From an uncultured Acidobacteriota bacterium (GTDB taxonomy: Bacteria; Acidobacteriota; Thermoanaerobaculia; UBA5066; DATFVB01), in contig CAWEYG010000002.1 in assembly GCA_963813155.1 (NCBI GenBank), positions 96,001-160,000 on the forward strand: a DNA stretch of 64,000 nt, given 5' to 3'. Every line of letters starts with the position of its first letter. Positions within the stretch are counted from its first letter, which is position 1. The translations under genes and the position numbers were made by a program. Shown in pieces: positions 10,349 through 19,601 of the stretch. Below the pieces are notes generated by a model. It worked only from the letters and a program-made list of their open reading frames with translations, did no database searches and was not told the origin of the DNA.

Positions 10349-10398
10349 ATCCTCGATGCCGCAAACCGCCCCGCGCAAATGATAAAATTCGACGAACG

Positions 10399-10596
10399 AT
10401 GGACCGAAGCAAATATCCTGTTCGGCAGATCTCCCTCCGGGACGAAGGCGGCCCCGCCGCCGAAAACCTGACCACCGAAGAGCGGCTCCGAATGGTCTGG
10501 CAACTCACGCTGCAGGCATGGATGTTCAAGGAGGGGCGATTCGATGAACCGCGACTTCGGCGAGATGTTGTCCGCACTCTCCGCGGAAAACGCTGA
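10399..10596 (+). CDS. Small hypothetical protein, partner of the downstream nucleotidyltransferase
   Basis: 65 aa (LTTEERLRMVWQLT...WMF...PRLRRDVVR). Overlaps the NTase gene. TGATAAAAT extended -10 just upstream. Confidence 0.65.
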   Translation: MDRSKYPVRQISLRDEGGPAAENLTTEERLRMVWQLTLQAWMFKEGRFDEPRLRRDVVRTLRGKR

Positions 10597-11002
10597 GTTC
10601 CTCCTCGTCGGGGCACACGCGCTTTCGGTTTACGGCGTGCCCCGCGCGACCGGAGACATGGACCTCTGGGTGCGGCCGACCGAGCTAAACGCGAGAAGGG
10701 TTCTCCGCGCGCTGGAATCCTTCGGAGCTCCGCTCCGGGACCTGTTGCTCGAGGACCTGACGAAGCCGGACACGGTCTTTCAGATCGGTGTTCCTCCAAA
10801 TCGAATCGATCTGCTCACGGGGCTGACCGGCCTCACTTTCGAATCGTCCTGGGACCGGCGCATAATGGCCCCGCTTGATCAACTCTCCGTTCCCGTTCTG
10901 AGCCGCGCCGATTTCGTCGCGAACAAGAAATCTGTTGGCAGGCCCAAAGATCTCAGCGACCTGGCTCTGCTCGAAGAACTCGACTCGCGAAAGGCGGACT
11001 AA
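10544..11002 (+). CDS. Nucleotidyltransferase (DUF6036-like)
   Basis: FLLVGAHALSVYGVPRATGDMDLWV (GG...TxDxD motif), RIDLLT, NKKSVGRPKDLSDL. Confidence 0.8.
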   Translation: MNRDFGEMLSALSAENAEFLLVGAHALSVYGVPRATGDMDLWVRPTELNARRVLRALESFGAPLRDLLLEDLTKPDTVFQIGVPPNRIDLLTGLTGLTFESSWDRRIMAPLDQLSVPVLSRADFVANKKSVGRPKDLSDLALLEELDSRKAD

Positions 11003-11004
11003 CC

Positions 11005-11559
11005 ATGCGACACCTCTTCGCCATTTCCGCGATCCTGTTCCTCGGCCTCCCTGCCGCCTACGCCGGCGACACACAGCAGCCGAAAGGGAACTGGCAGAAA
11101 CCCGGCGAGATCCAGCAGCCGAAAGGCACGTGGCAGGTCCCCGGCGAAATCCAAAAGCCGGGCGACATCCAGAAGGTCAAGGAATCCTGCGCGGAACGCT
11201 ACCGCATCGGCTCGGACGCCCTCTTCGCGTTCGACAAGGCAGACCTGACGCCCGCCGCGGAACAGACGCTCGCGAAGCTCGCCCCCATGATCCAGGGCGC
11301 CGGCAAGCACCCGATCTCCATCGACGGCCACACCGACGCGATCGGCGACCCGAAATACAACCAGACCCTCTCCGAAAAACGCGCCCGCGCCGTCCGTGCC
11401 TGGCTCGCGGACAAAAAGATCGTTGCGCCCGACACACCGACCAAGGGCTACGGAAAATCCAAGCCCGTCGCACCGAACACGAAACCGGACGGCTCCGACA
11501 ACCCGCCTGGCCGAGCGCTCAACCGCCGCGTGGAAATCGTCGTCGACACCTGCCGGTGA
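11005..11559 (+). CDS. OmpA-family peptidoglycan-binding protein with N-terminal short repeats
   Basis: Signal peptide, DALFAFDKADL, IDGHTDAIG...NQTLSEKRA, GYGKSKPVAPN, GRALNRRVEI. Confidence 0.9.
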   Translation: MRHLFAISAILFLGLPAAYAGDTQQPKGNWQKPGEIQQPKGTWQVPGEIQKPGDIQKVKESCAERYRIGSDALFAFDKADLTPAAEQTLAKLAPMIQGAGKHPISIDGHTDAIGDPKYNQTLSEKRARAVRAWLADKKIVAPDTPTKGYGKSKPVAPNTKPDGSDNPPGRALNRRVEIVVDTCR

Positions 11560-11771
11560 AAATTCTGGGCTACGCCCTCCTCGCGGCCGTCGTCGGCTAT
11601 GCCGCCGGCGTGGTCCTCGGTTTCGGCCTCGTCGGCGCACTCTCGAACAACCGGCACGACAAATCCATGGAAGCCGGCATGACCGCATTCTTCTTCGCGG
11701 GACCGGCATTCGCGGTTCTCGCGTTCCTCGGCTCGGTCGCCTACCAGCTCGTCGCTCGCCGGGGGCGCTGA
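11556..11771 (+). CDS. Small two-TM membrane protein
   Basis: GTGA overlap with the OmpA gene. Two hydrophobic helices around SNNRHDKSMEAGMTAFFFAGP. Confidence 0.65.
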   Translation: MKILGYALLAAVVGYAAGVVLGFGLVGALSNNRHDKSMEAGMTAFFFAGPAFAVLAFLGSVAYQLVARRGR

Positions 11772-11867
11772 GCGACGGGACAAACAACTTCTGAGCATCA
11801 ACGCGCTGCATGCACCCAGGAGAACGCTGAGTTCGGGTCGACGCCGGCGGCGCAACCGCTGTACCAT

Positions 11868-12152
11868 GTGGTCGTGGTTGACAATTCTCTCCCGGGAAGC
11901 GACCTCATCAGCGACGGTATCCGCGATCTCGCGCGCGGCGTGACGTCCGTGCCGGCCCTCCTCGTGCTCATCGGCGCGCCCCGCTTGAGGCGACTTGGCT
12001 ACGCAATTCCCACCGCAACCGAGGCCGACCCCGAGAGGAGGCTCTACGAGACTCTCGCCGCCACCGATTCGGATTCCGCCCATGCCCGCTACAACGCCCT
12101 TGTTCGCCGGCTCGTCAGCTTCGAGCGCGCAGCGGAATGCGCCAGCCCGTAG
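11868..12152 (+). CDS. Small hypothetical protein (type usually upstream of DUF6036 NTases); start may be GTG 11874
   Basis: LPGSDLISDGIRDL...LIGAPRLRRLG...PERRLY...AHARYNALVRRLVSFERAAECA. TACCAT box at 11862-11867. Confidence 0.6.
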   Translation: MVVVDNSLPGSDLISDGIRDLARGVTSVPALLVLIGAPRLRRLGYAIPTATEADPERRLYETLAATDSDSAHARYNALVRRLVSFERAAECASP

Positions 12153-12189
12153 ACGCCGAACGCGCCCTCCCTCCCAGCCCGAGCTCAAC

Positions 12190-12585
12190 CTCCATGCCTT
12201 CGAATTTCGGAACATTCATCCTGATTTTCCAACCGAGGTTCGGCGGCTTTTTGATAATGGTCACTTTGCTCAGTCGACTCTCGAGGCGTTCAAGTTTGTT
12301 GATGAAGAAATCCAACGAATAACGGGCAGCTCGGAATTTGGGACCTCCCTCATGATGAAGGCGTTCAGCGGTTCGCCCCCCGCAGTTGCATTGAACCCTG
12401 GAATGACCCGATCTGAGAAAGACGAGCAGGAGGGTTACAAGTTTCTTTTCGCAGGCTCGATGCTAGGGATTCGCAATCCAAGAGGTCATAAGACGGCCAT
12501 GGCCGATGACCCTGACTTATGCCTAGATCACTTGGGCCTCGCATCAATGTTGCTCAGGCGTCTTGACGACACTGGGCTTAGATAG
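12190..12585 (+). CDS. TIGR02391 (Ymh-like) family protein in a low-GC segment; start codon unclear
   Basis: NIHP...RLFDNGHFAQSTLEAFKFVDEEIQRITG...GTSLMMKAFS...EQEGYKFLFAGSMLGIRNPRGH...LGLASMLLRRLD. Visibly more AT-rich than the flanks. Confidence 0.75.
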   Translation, partial: LHAFEFRNIHPDFPTEVRRLFDNGHFAQSTLEAFKFVDEEIQRITGSSEFGTSLMMKAFSGSPPAVALNPGMTRSEKDEQEGYKFLFAGSMLGIRNPRGHKTAMADDPDLCLDHLGLASMLLRRLDDTGLR

Positions 12586-12791
12586 GCGAATAGCAACAGC
12601 CCCAGATGATCCTTGGCTTACTTCCCGCGGACTGTAAGGAACAGCGCCTTCCAACCGGCCCCTCCGTCATCGCCGAGCGGAGTGCGTCTTTGACGGGATG
12701 GAGCCCGGTGCGTCAAAGAAATCGTGAAACTTGCTCCCATCTTTGAGTTTGGCGCTGGAAAGCGTTTGGGTCTTCCGGTCTAATCTTCCCC

Positions 12792-13719
12792 ATGCGAATT
12801 GCGGTGGTTGGTACGGGAGCGGTCGGGGGGTATTTCGGGGGACGGCTGGCTGAGGCGGGTGAAGATGTCGTCTTTCTCGCGCGTGGCGCTCACCTGGACG
12901 CGATCCGGAAGAACGGGTTGACGGTGGAGAGCATCGCGGGAGATTTCAGGATCTCGCCCGCGCAGGCGACCGACGACCCGGCGAAGGTCGGCGCCGCCGA
13001 CGTCGCGATCGTCGCGGTGAAGGCGTGGCAGGTGCCGGAGGCGGCGCGCACGGTGAAGGTCTTTCTGAAACCGGACGGGGTCGCGATTCCGCTGGAAAAC
13101 GGCGTCGAAGCGCCGGATCAGCTGGCCGAGGAGCTCGGGGACAAGCGCGCGCTCGCGGGGCTGTGCAAGATCTGGAGCGCGGTCGGCGCGCCCGGAGTGA
13201 TTCGGCATCTCGGAGTGCCGCCGTCGCTCGCGTTCGGGGAGAGGAACGGGTCGGCGAGCGAGCGGGTCGAAAAGCTCCGCGACTCTGTTCCGAAAGGCAA
13301 AGGGCGTCACGGTCGAAACTCCGGCCGACATCCGGGTCGCGCTGTGGCAGAAGTTCGTGTTCATCGCGGCGTTTTCCGGAGTCGGCGGTGTGACGCGCTC
13401 GCCGGCAGGCCCGATCCGATTGACGCCCGAGACGCGGCGGCTGCTGCGGGAGTGCATGCGGGAGACGCAGGCGGTCGGGCTCGCGCGGGGCGTGCCGCTC
13501 GCGTCGGACACGTTCGAAAAGACGCTGAAGTTTTTCGACACGCTGCCGGAAGACGCGACGTGCTCGATGCAGCGCGACGTGGCCGAGGGGCGGCCGTCGG
13601 AGCTGGAGAACCAGACGGGCGCGATCGTGAGGCTGGGGCGCGAGGTCGGGGTGCCGGTGCCCGTCAACGAGTTTCTGTACGCGGCGCTGCTGCCGCAGGA
13701 AAAGCTCGCGCGTTCCTGA
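12792..13719 (+). CDS. panE: 2-dehydropantoate 2-reductase (apparent +1 frameshift near 13284)
   Basis: MRIAVVGTGAVGGYFG, AVKAWQ, PLENG. After the shift: WQKFVFIAA...SMQRDVAEGRPSELE...GVPVPVN. Confidence 0.88.
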
Positions 13720-13971
13720 CCAGGGCGAAGAATGGCCGCGTGGCCCGGGTCCGCGGGTCTCGGCACTCGTCCGCTGGCACGGCGCGTTCGATCGAGGTGG
13801 AATCACTCCCCCGCGCCTCTAGCGTTCGGCGCGAGATCTCGCCTCGTCCACTGACATCGGAGTTCCTCGTGCGCCTCACTCATGGCCTGCGGACGACCGC
13901 CTGCGCCCCGCGTTCCAGCCCCCCGAAAGCCGCTTTCCCGAATCTCGCTCGGGAGTGGGAGCCCAACCTCT

Positions 13972-14012
13972 GAGCGAAGGCCCGAGAGCGGTTGGGGCCA
14001 ACGCGCCGGCGC
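13972..14012 (+). repeat. 41-bp repeat module, copy 1
   Basis: GAGCGAAGGCCCGAGAGCGGTTGGGGCCAACGCGCCGGCGC, 37/41 identical to 33270-33310. Confidence 0.8.
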
Positions 14013-14019
14013 TACGAGA

Positions 14020-14129
14020 GCGGGTGGCGCGGGGCGAGACTCCCTTTTGCCGCTCGCAACGCCGGTGTAGCAAAGTCCTCAGGCTCGCGGCGAGCGGAAA
14101 AGAGGAGCGAGTCCCGCGACAGGACCCGC
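14020..14129 (-). repeat. 110-bp self-complementary repeat element, copy 2 (inverted)
   Basis: Reverse complement matches 9564-9673 with 4 mismatches. Enclosed by a further 15-bp inverted repeat (13979-13993 / 14152-14166). Confidence 0.9.
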
Positions 14130-14177
14130 TTGCCGGGCCGGCGCCGGGCTTAGCCGCTCTCGGGCCGAGCGAAGCCC

Positions 14178-16902
14178 CTACTCGCTCCCCTTCGCCGCGA
14201 TCCGGTCCGCGAACCCCAGGTCGAGGTACACGGTGCGCGCCGAGCCGCGCCCCTCGGGCGAGCGCGGCGTGAAGATGCGACCGTCCGGCGCCTCCGAATA
14301 CGTGTGGACGATGCCGGCCGTCGAGACGCGATCGATGATCATCTCCGGCTTTCCGGCGGAGAACCCCTTGCGGGTATCGATCGAAACCCGGTAGAGCGCC
14401 GAGCCGGAGCGGAAGAAAAGCTCTTTCTCGTCCCGACTCCAGCGCGGCTCGAAGGCCAGACCGGCGGAGATCTGCCACCTGCCCTCGCCGGACGGAAAGG
14501 GGCGAACGAAGATACTATTCTGTCCTCCCTCGTTCGAGCAGTAAGCGAGCCAGCGGCCGTCCGGCGAGACGACGCCGTCGCGCTTGGCAAAGGTGTCGTG
14601 GAGCAGCAGCTCCGGCTTTCGGTCTCCCGTCACGGGAAGCAGATAGATGTCGGAAATGCCGTTCTCCGAGGTCGCGCGATCGTCCCTGGCGTTGCTGTAA
14701 AGAAGCTTGCGGCCGTCGGGCGTGAAGCCGCTCGGCGCCAACGGCCGGTCGCTTTCCAGCAGGGTTTCCGCATCCCGACTGCCATCCGCCGGCTTCCACG
14801 CGAGCCGCCACCGGCGGTCCTCCTGTCCGCGCACGCGAACCATGTAGGCGACGCGAGCGCCGTCGGGCGTCCAGACGGGATTCGTAATGACGTCGCCGAC
14901 CGTGAGGCGGGTCTGCGTGCCGCGCTCGAGATCCGCGACCCAGAGGTCCGCGACGCCACCCTTGCCTCCCGTCAGCGCGGCATGTTTGCCGTCGGGCGAA
15001 AGGGCCGACTCGTTGTAGGGATCGGGGGAAATCGGGATCGGCGTCTCGACGCCTTTCCGGTCGATCCAGAAAAGCCGGTACTGAGCGCTCGCGCCGCCGG
15101 GCGCCCAGATCGCCGCTCCGCTGGCGCGAGACGGCGAATTGAACGGCGCCGGAGCTGACGTCGGTCGCGATGCCCTGGGCCACGATCTCGGGAGCGCCGC
15201 GCGTCGAGAGCGTGCGCGCGTCGAACGCGATCGCGAAGAGGGACCCGCCGCGCGCGAAGATCAGGCGGCCCCCGGAGCCGTACCGCGCCTGGCTCGATCC
15301 TTCGACGACCACCTTTCGCTCGCCGGTCGAAGGCCGAACCGCTTCGATGCGAGCGTCGTCGTAGTACTCCGTGGAGGCCGCGGTGTCGCACGTGAAGAGC
15401 ACGGCGCTTCCGTCCGGGAGCGCCTGCGGCCAGCGGTGGGTGCGCTCGTCGCGCGCGAGATCGAGCTTCGTGACCGCCGTCACGGGACCGCCGTTCTGCG
15501 AGACCCTCGAGAGCCCGACGGCGACATTCGGCGCGAAGTAGATGAAACCGTCGCGGCTCCAGGTGGCGCCGCGCGCCGCCGTGACGGTGGCGGTCGCCGC
15601 GAGATCGATCGGCGGGCCGCCGCTCGAAGGAATCTTCAAAAGCGTTTGATTCCGGAAAAACCCGATCCACTTTCCGTCCGGCGAAAAGAAGGGGGAAGTT
15701 GCGCCTTCGGTGTCCGCCAGGATGCGCGGCTCGATCTCGTCCATCGAGCGAACGAGCAGGTGCGTCGTCCTCGCGGAATCGACGACGACGGCGGCCTGCA
15801 GGCGGCCGTCTGCGGAGATCGCGAGATTCGGCGACGATTCGCCGACGAGCGAAAAACCATCCGGGATCGCGAGCGCCCATCGCGCGCCGGCGCCGGACGC
15901 AAGCGCGGCCGGGCGGCGCAGGAGCCAGCCCGCCGCGAGCCCGAGGGCGAGGGCAAACGCGGCGGCGCCGATCGCCACGGCTCGGCTGCGGCGACCGGAC
16001 GCGGGAGGCGCGGCGACGGCTGCCGGAGATTGCTGCGGTGTCGCGTGCCCGGCGACTTCGAGCGCGATTCTCGCCTCGCCGATGTCGCGGAGGCGGTTCT
16101 TCGGGTCGCGATCGAGACAGCGCGCCAGCAGAGAACGGACCGATGGCGGAGTCGCGGGAGGCAGAGCGTCAAAAGAGATCTCGTGCCGCAGCACCGCGGC
16201 GAGCGTGTCTGAAACGGTCTCCCCCGCGAACAGCCGCTGCCCGGTCAACATTTCGTAAAGGACGACGCCGAAAGCCCAGATGTCGGCGCGGCGGTCGATC
16301 GCCTTGCCGCGAGCCTGCTCCGGGCTCATGTACGCGGCCGTGCCGAGGATCATTCCCGCCTGCGTGCCGAGGGACATCGTCGGCGAGTGGGAAATATCGG
16401 GAGAGGACGTCGAGGCGAGGGGATCGAGCGCCTTCGCGAGGCCGAAGTCCAGCACCTTGACCTGCCCCTCCGGGTCGATCTTCACGTTCGCGGGCTTCAA
16501 GTCCCGGTGGACGATGCCCTTCTCGTGCGCGACCTCCAGCGCTTCGGCAATCTGTTTCCCGATCGAAAGCGCTTCGTCGACGGGAATCGGCCCGGCTTCG
16601 ATCCGGTCCTGCAGCGTCTGGCCCTCGACGAGCTCGAGGACGAGCGCCTTCACGGACGTCGATTCCTCCATGCCGTAGATCGACGCGATGTGCGGATGAT
16701 TCAGCGACGCGAGCACGCGCGCTTCCCGCTCGAACCGCGCGAGACGCTCCGGGTCGGCGGACAGCGATTCCGGCAGCACCTTGATCGCGACTTCGCGATG
16801 GAGCTTCGTGTCCTTCGCCCGGTACACCTCCCCCATGCCGCCGGCTCCCAACGGAGAGAGGACCTCATAGGGACCGAGTTTCGTCCCGGCCGCGAGCGTC
16901 AT
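14178..16902 (-). CDS. Ser/Thr protein kinase with TM helix and C-terminal PD40/beta-propeller (apparent +1 frameshift near 15125)
   Basis: MTLAAGTKLGPYEV, HRDLKPAN, DFGLAK, YMSPEQ. TM segment, then SPDG repeats continuing into the 14178-14843 ORF (VSPDGRWLAY, GEGRWQIS, PRWSRDEKELFF). Confidence 0.88.
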
Positions 16903-19521
16903 GGCCGCGTCCCCTCCGGCGTAAATCGCCACATCACCGAGCGCAGCTCGTTCGATTCGGCGATGACCTGGCCGTCCGGCGCCCAGGCCATCCCGTGGAC
17001 GTCGCCGAGAGAATCCGTCGGAATCCGGGTCATGCGACCAGTCGAGAGATCGATCATTCCCGGCACGAAGTACCAGTCGTCGAGCGACGCGAGCGGAACG
17101 AGGAGCCGGCCGTCGCCCGACAGCTCCGCCGAGTTGAGCGGATCGAAGGTCATGTGGAAAGGACCGTTCAGCGCGATTTCCCGAGGGGCGCTGCCGTCCA
17201 GAGGAACGCGCAGGAGCCGCGCCTTCGGGACCTCCAGCACCTGCACGAGCAGGCTCTTCCCGTCCGGGTCGGCGGCCGCGCTCTCGCCGGCGCAGATTCG
17301 GCGGGGCTGATCCTTCGCCGACCCTGCCAGGGGAATCGCCCAGATCGAGCCGCCCGCCCCGCAGTAGAGCGTTCTTCCGTCCGGGGAGGCGTCGAGCGAC
17401 CCGATCGGGCCTTTGTCGAACGCGATGCGACGCTCGATGCGTCCGGTCGCGAGCGAGGCCACCCCGATCGTCCGGCGCGGCTCACTGCCGAGGAGAAACG
17501 CGACCTCGCCGGCGCCGAGTCGGGTCACCGGGGGCGTCGTTTCCTCGGCGGTCGTGACGAGGTTTGCGGGGTCTTTGCCCGGCTGGAGCACCACGAGGCG
17601 GTTATGACCCGCCGTCCTTTGCCCGAGCACCACGCGCCCGCCGCGCAGCGAGGCAAGAGACTCCAGGAACTGCCCCGTTGGAACGGTGACGATTCTCGTC
17701 GGTCGCCCGCCCGCAGGCGGAAGGCTCGAGATGATCCTTCGAAAGTTCAGGGCCTCGAGGTAGATGCTTCCGTCGGCGGCGCAGTCGAGCTCATGGATGG
17801 ACTCGGTCAGTGTCAGGAGGGGACGCGAGGCGTGGCCTCCCTTTCTCGGCACCCGAACCACTTGCGTCAGGTCGCCGGCCGACATGGCGACCAGGAGGGA
17901 CACGTTGTCCCGCGACGGCGCAAGCGCGGTCGTCGATTCATCCGGAAGGCCCGGTCTCGATCCGTCGCAGGGTTCCCGAATCGAGGTTGACGGCGTAGAT
18001 GTGCGGGGACTTGCTGCCGGGCCCCGGCTCCGTCGAGCGCGCGAAAGCGACCGCCTCCCGGCCGTCGGGAAACGAGGCGAGCGGCACCCAGTAGGTGGCG
18101 TCGAAGATCAGCGGCAACTCGCGCAGGCGTCCGGAATCGGGCCAGAACCGGTACAGCTGCAGCGCCCGCTGAGCATTCGCTTTGACCACGAGCAGCGTGC
18201 CATCCGGAAGCGGGACCGGCGCCTCCGCGTCCTCCAGCACGAGCTGCTCGTCGCCGCCGAGCACCGGGACGCTGTATACCCCCATCGGAACGTCGGCGCT
18301 CCGGTCGTAGAAGATCCGGTTCCCGTCCGCGGACCAGGCAATCGAGCTCACGTAGCCCGCTCCCCCCTTGTGCGTGAGGACCTGCCAGTTTCCGCTCTCC
18401 GGCTTCATGACGGCGACCTGCGTCATGTCGCTGACCATCGCCTGAAAGGCGAGCGTGTGGCCGTCGGGGGAAATTCGCGGCTCCATCGCGATCTCCGGCC
18501 CGCCGAGGAGCGTTCCCGTCCACGTCGTTTCGGGACGGCTCCACAGTGCTCGACCCGCCAGAAGCGCAACCGCGGCGATGACCAGGGCGCCGACGACGAC
18601 CGGCGCGAGCGGCAAAAGTCGCCGCCGCCCTGGGACGGCGATTCCCGCCGACACGGCCGACGACGAGGAGGACGTCTCGCCGGCCGACTCCAGCGCGAAC
18701 GCGAGGTCGCCGGCCGAGTGAAAGCGCGCCTCGGGCGACTTCTCGAGGCAATGACGCACGATGCGGTCGAGCGCCGGGGGAATCCGTCTTCCGGTCTGCT
18801 CGGACTCCGGCGGCTCTTCTTTCAGGATGGCATTCATCGTCTCGACGGCAGAGTTGCCCTTGAACGCGCGAGATCCGGTCAGCATCTCGAACAGCACCGC
18901 GCCGAAGGAAAAGAGATCCGTCCGCTCGTCGACCTCCCGGCCCAGGACCTGCTCCGGGGACATGTAGCCGACGGTCCCCATGACGGTCCCCGGTTCCGTG
19001 CCGGCGGGAGTCGTCGGAGCGCTCGTCTGCGCGGACTCACGCGCGACGACTTTCGCGAGACCGAAGTCCAGGATCTTGACGCGCCCGTCCCGCGTCAAAA
19101 ACAGATTCTCGGGCTTCAGGTCGCGGTGAACGACGCCCTTTTCGTGGGCCGCGGCAAGGCCCTTCGCGATCTGGACCGCGATCTCGACGGCGCGGCGGCG
19201 GGGAATGGCGCCGCCGTCGAGTCTCTGGCGAAGACTCTCCCCTTCGAGGAGCTCCATGACCGCGTACGCGACGTTTCCTTCTTTTCCGAAATCGTGGAGC
19301 GAGAGGATGTTCGGATGATTCAGCGCGGCCACGGCCTTGGCTTCGCGCTCGAAGCGCGAAAGCGCGTCGCGATCGCTCGCGAGAGATTCCGGCAGCACCT
19401 TCACGGCCACGTCGCGGTCCAGCCTCGTATCACGCGCCCGATAGACCTCGCCCATCCCGCCCGCGCCGATCGGCGACAAGATTTCATAAGGACCCAGCTT
19501 CGTCCCCGCTGCGAGTGTCAA
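16899..19521 (-). CDS. Ser/Thr protein kinase with TM helix and C-terminal beta-propeller (apparent +1 frameshift near 17950)
   Basis: TTG start LTLAAGTKLGPYEI, HRDLKPEN, DFGLAK, YMSPEQ. Removing one base restores TGLPDESTTALAPS and joins the 16899-17903 ORF. Confidence 0.85.
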
Positions 19522-19534
19522 AAGAGGATCCTTG

Positions 19535-19560
19535 TCCGCCGAAGCCTTGGCGAAGGCGGA
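19535..19560. repeat. Short REP-like palindrome
   Basis: TCCGCCGAAGCCTTGGCGAAGGCGGA, an intergenic imperfect palindrome. Confidence 0.55.
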
Positions 19561-19601
19561 TCGTAGGGCCCGAGGCGGGTGCCGGCGGAGAGTGTCATGC
19601 G

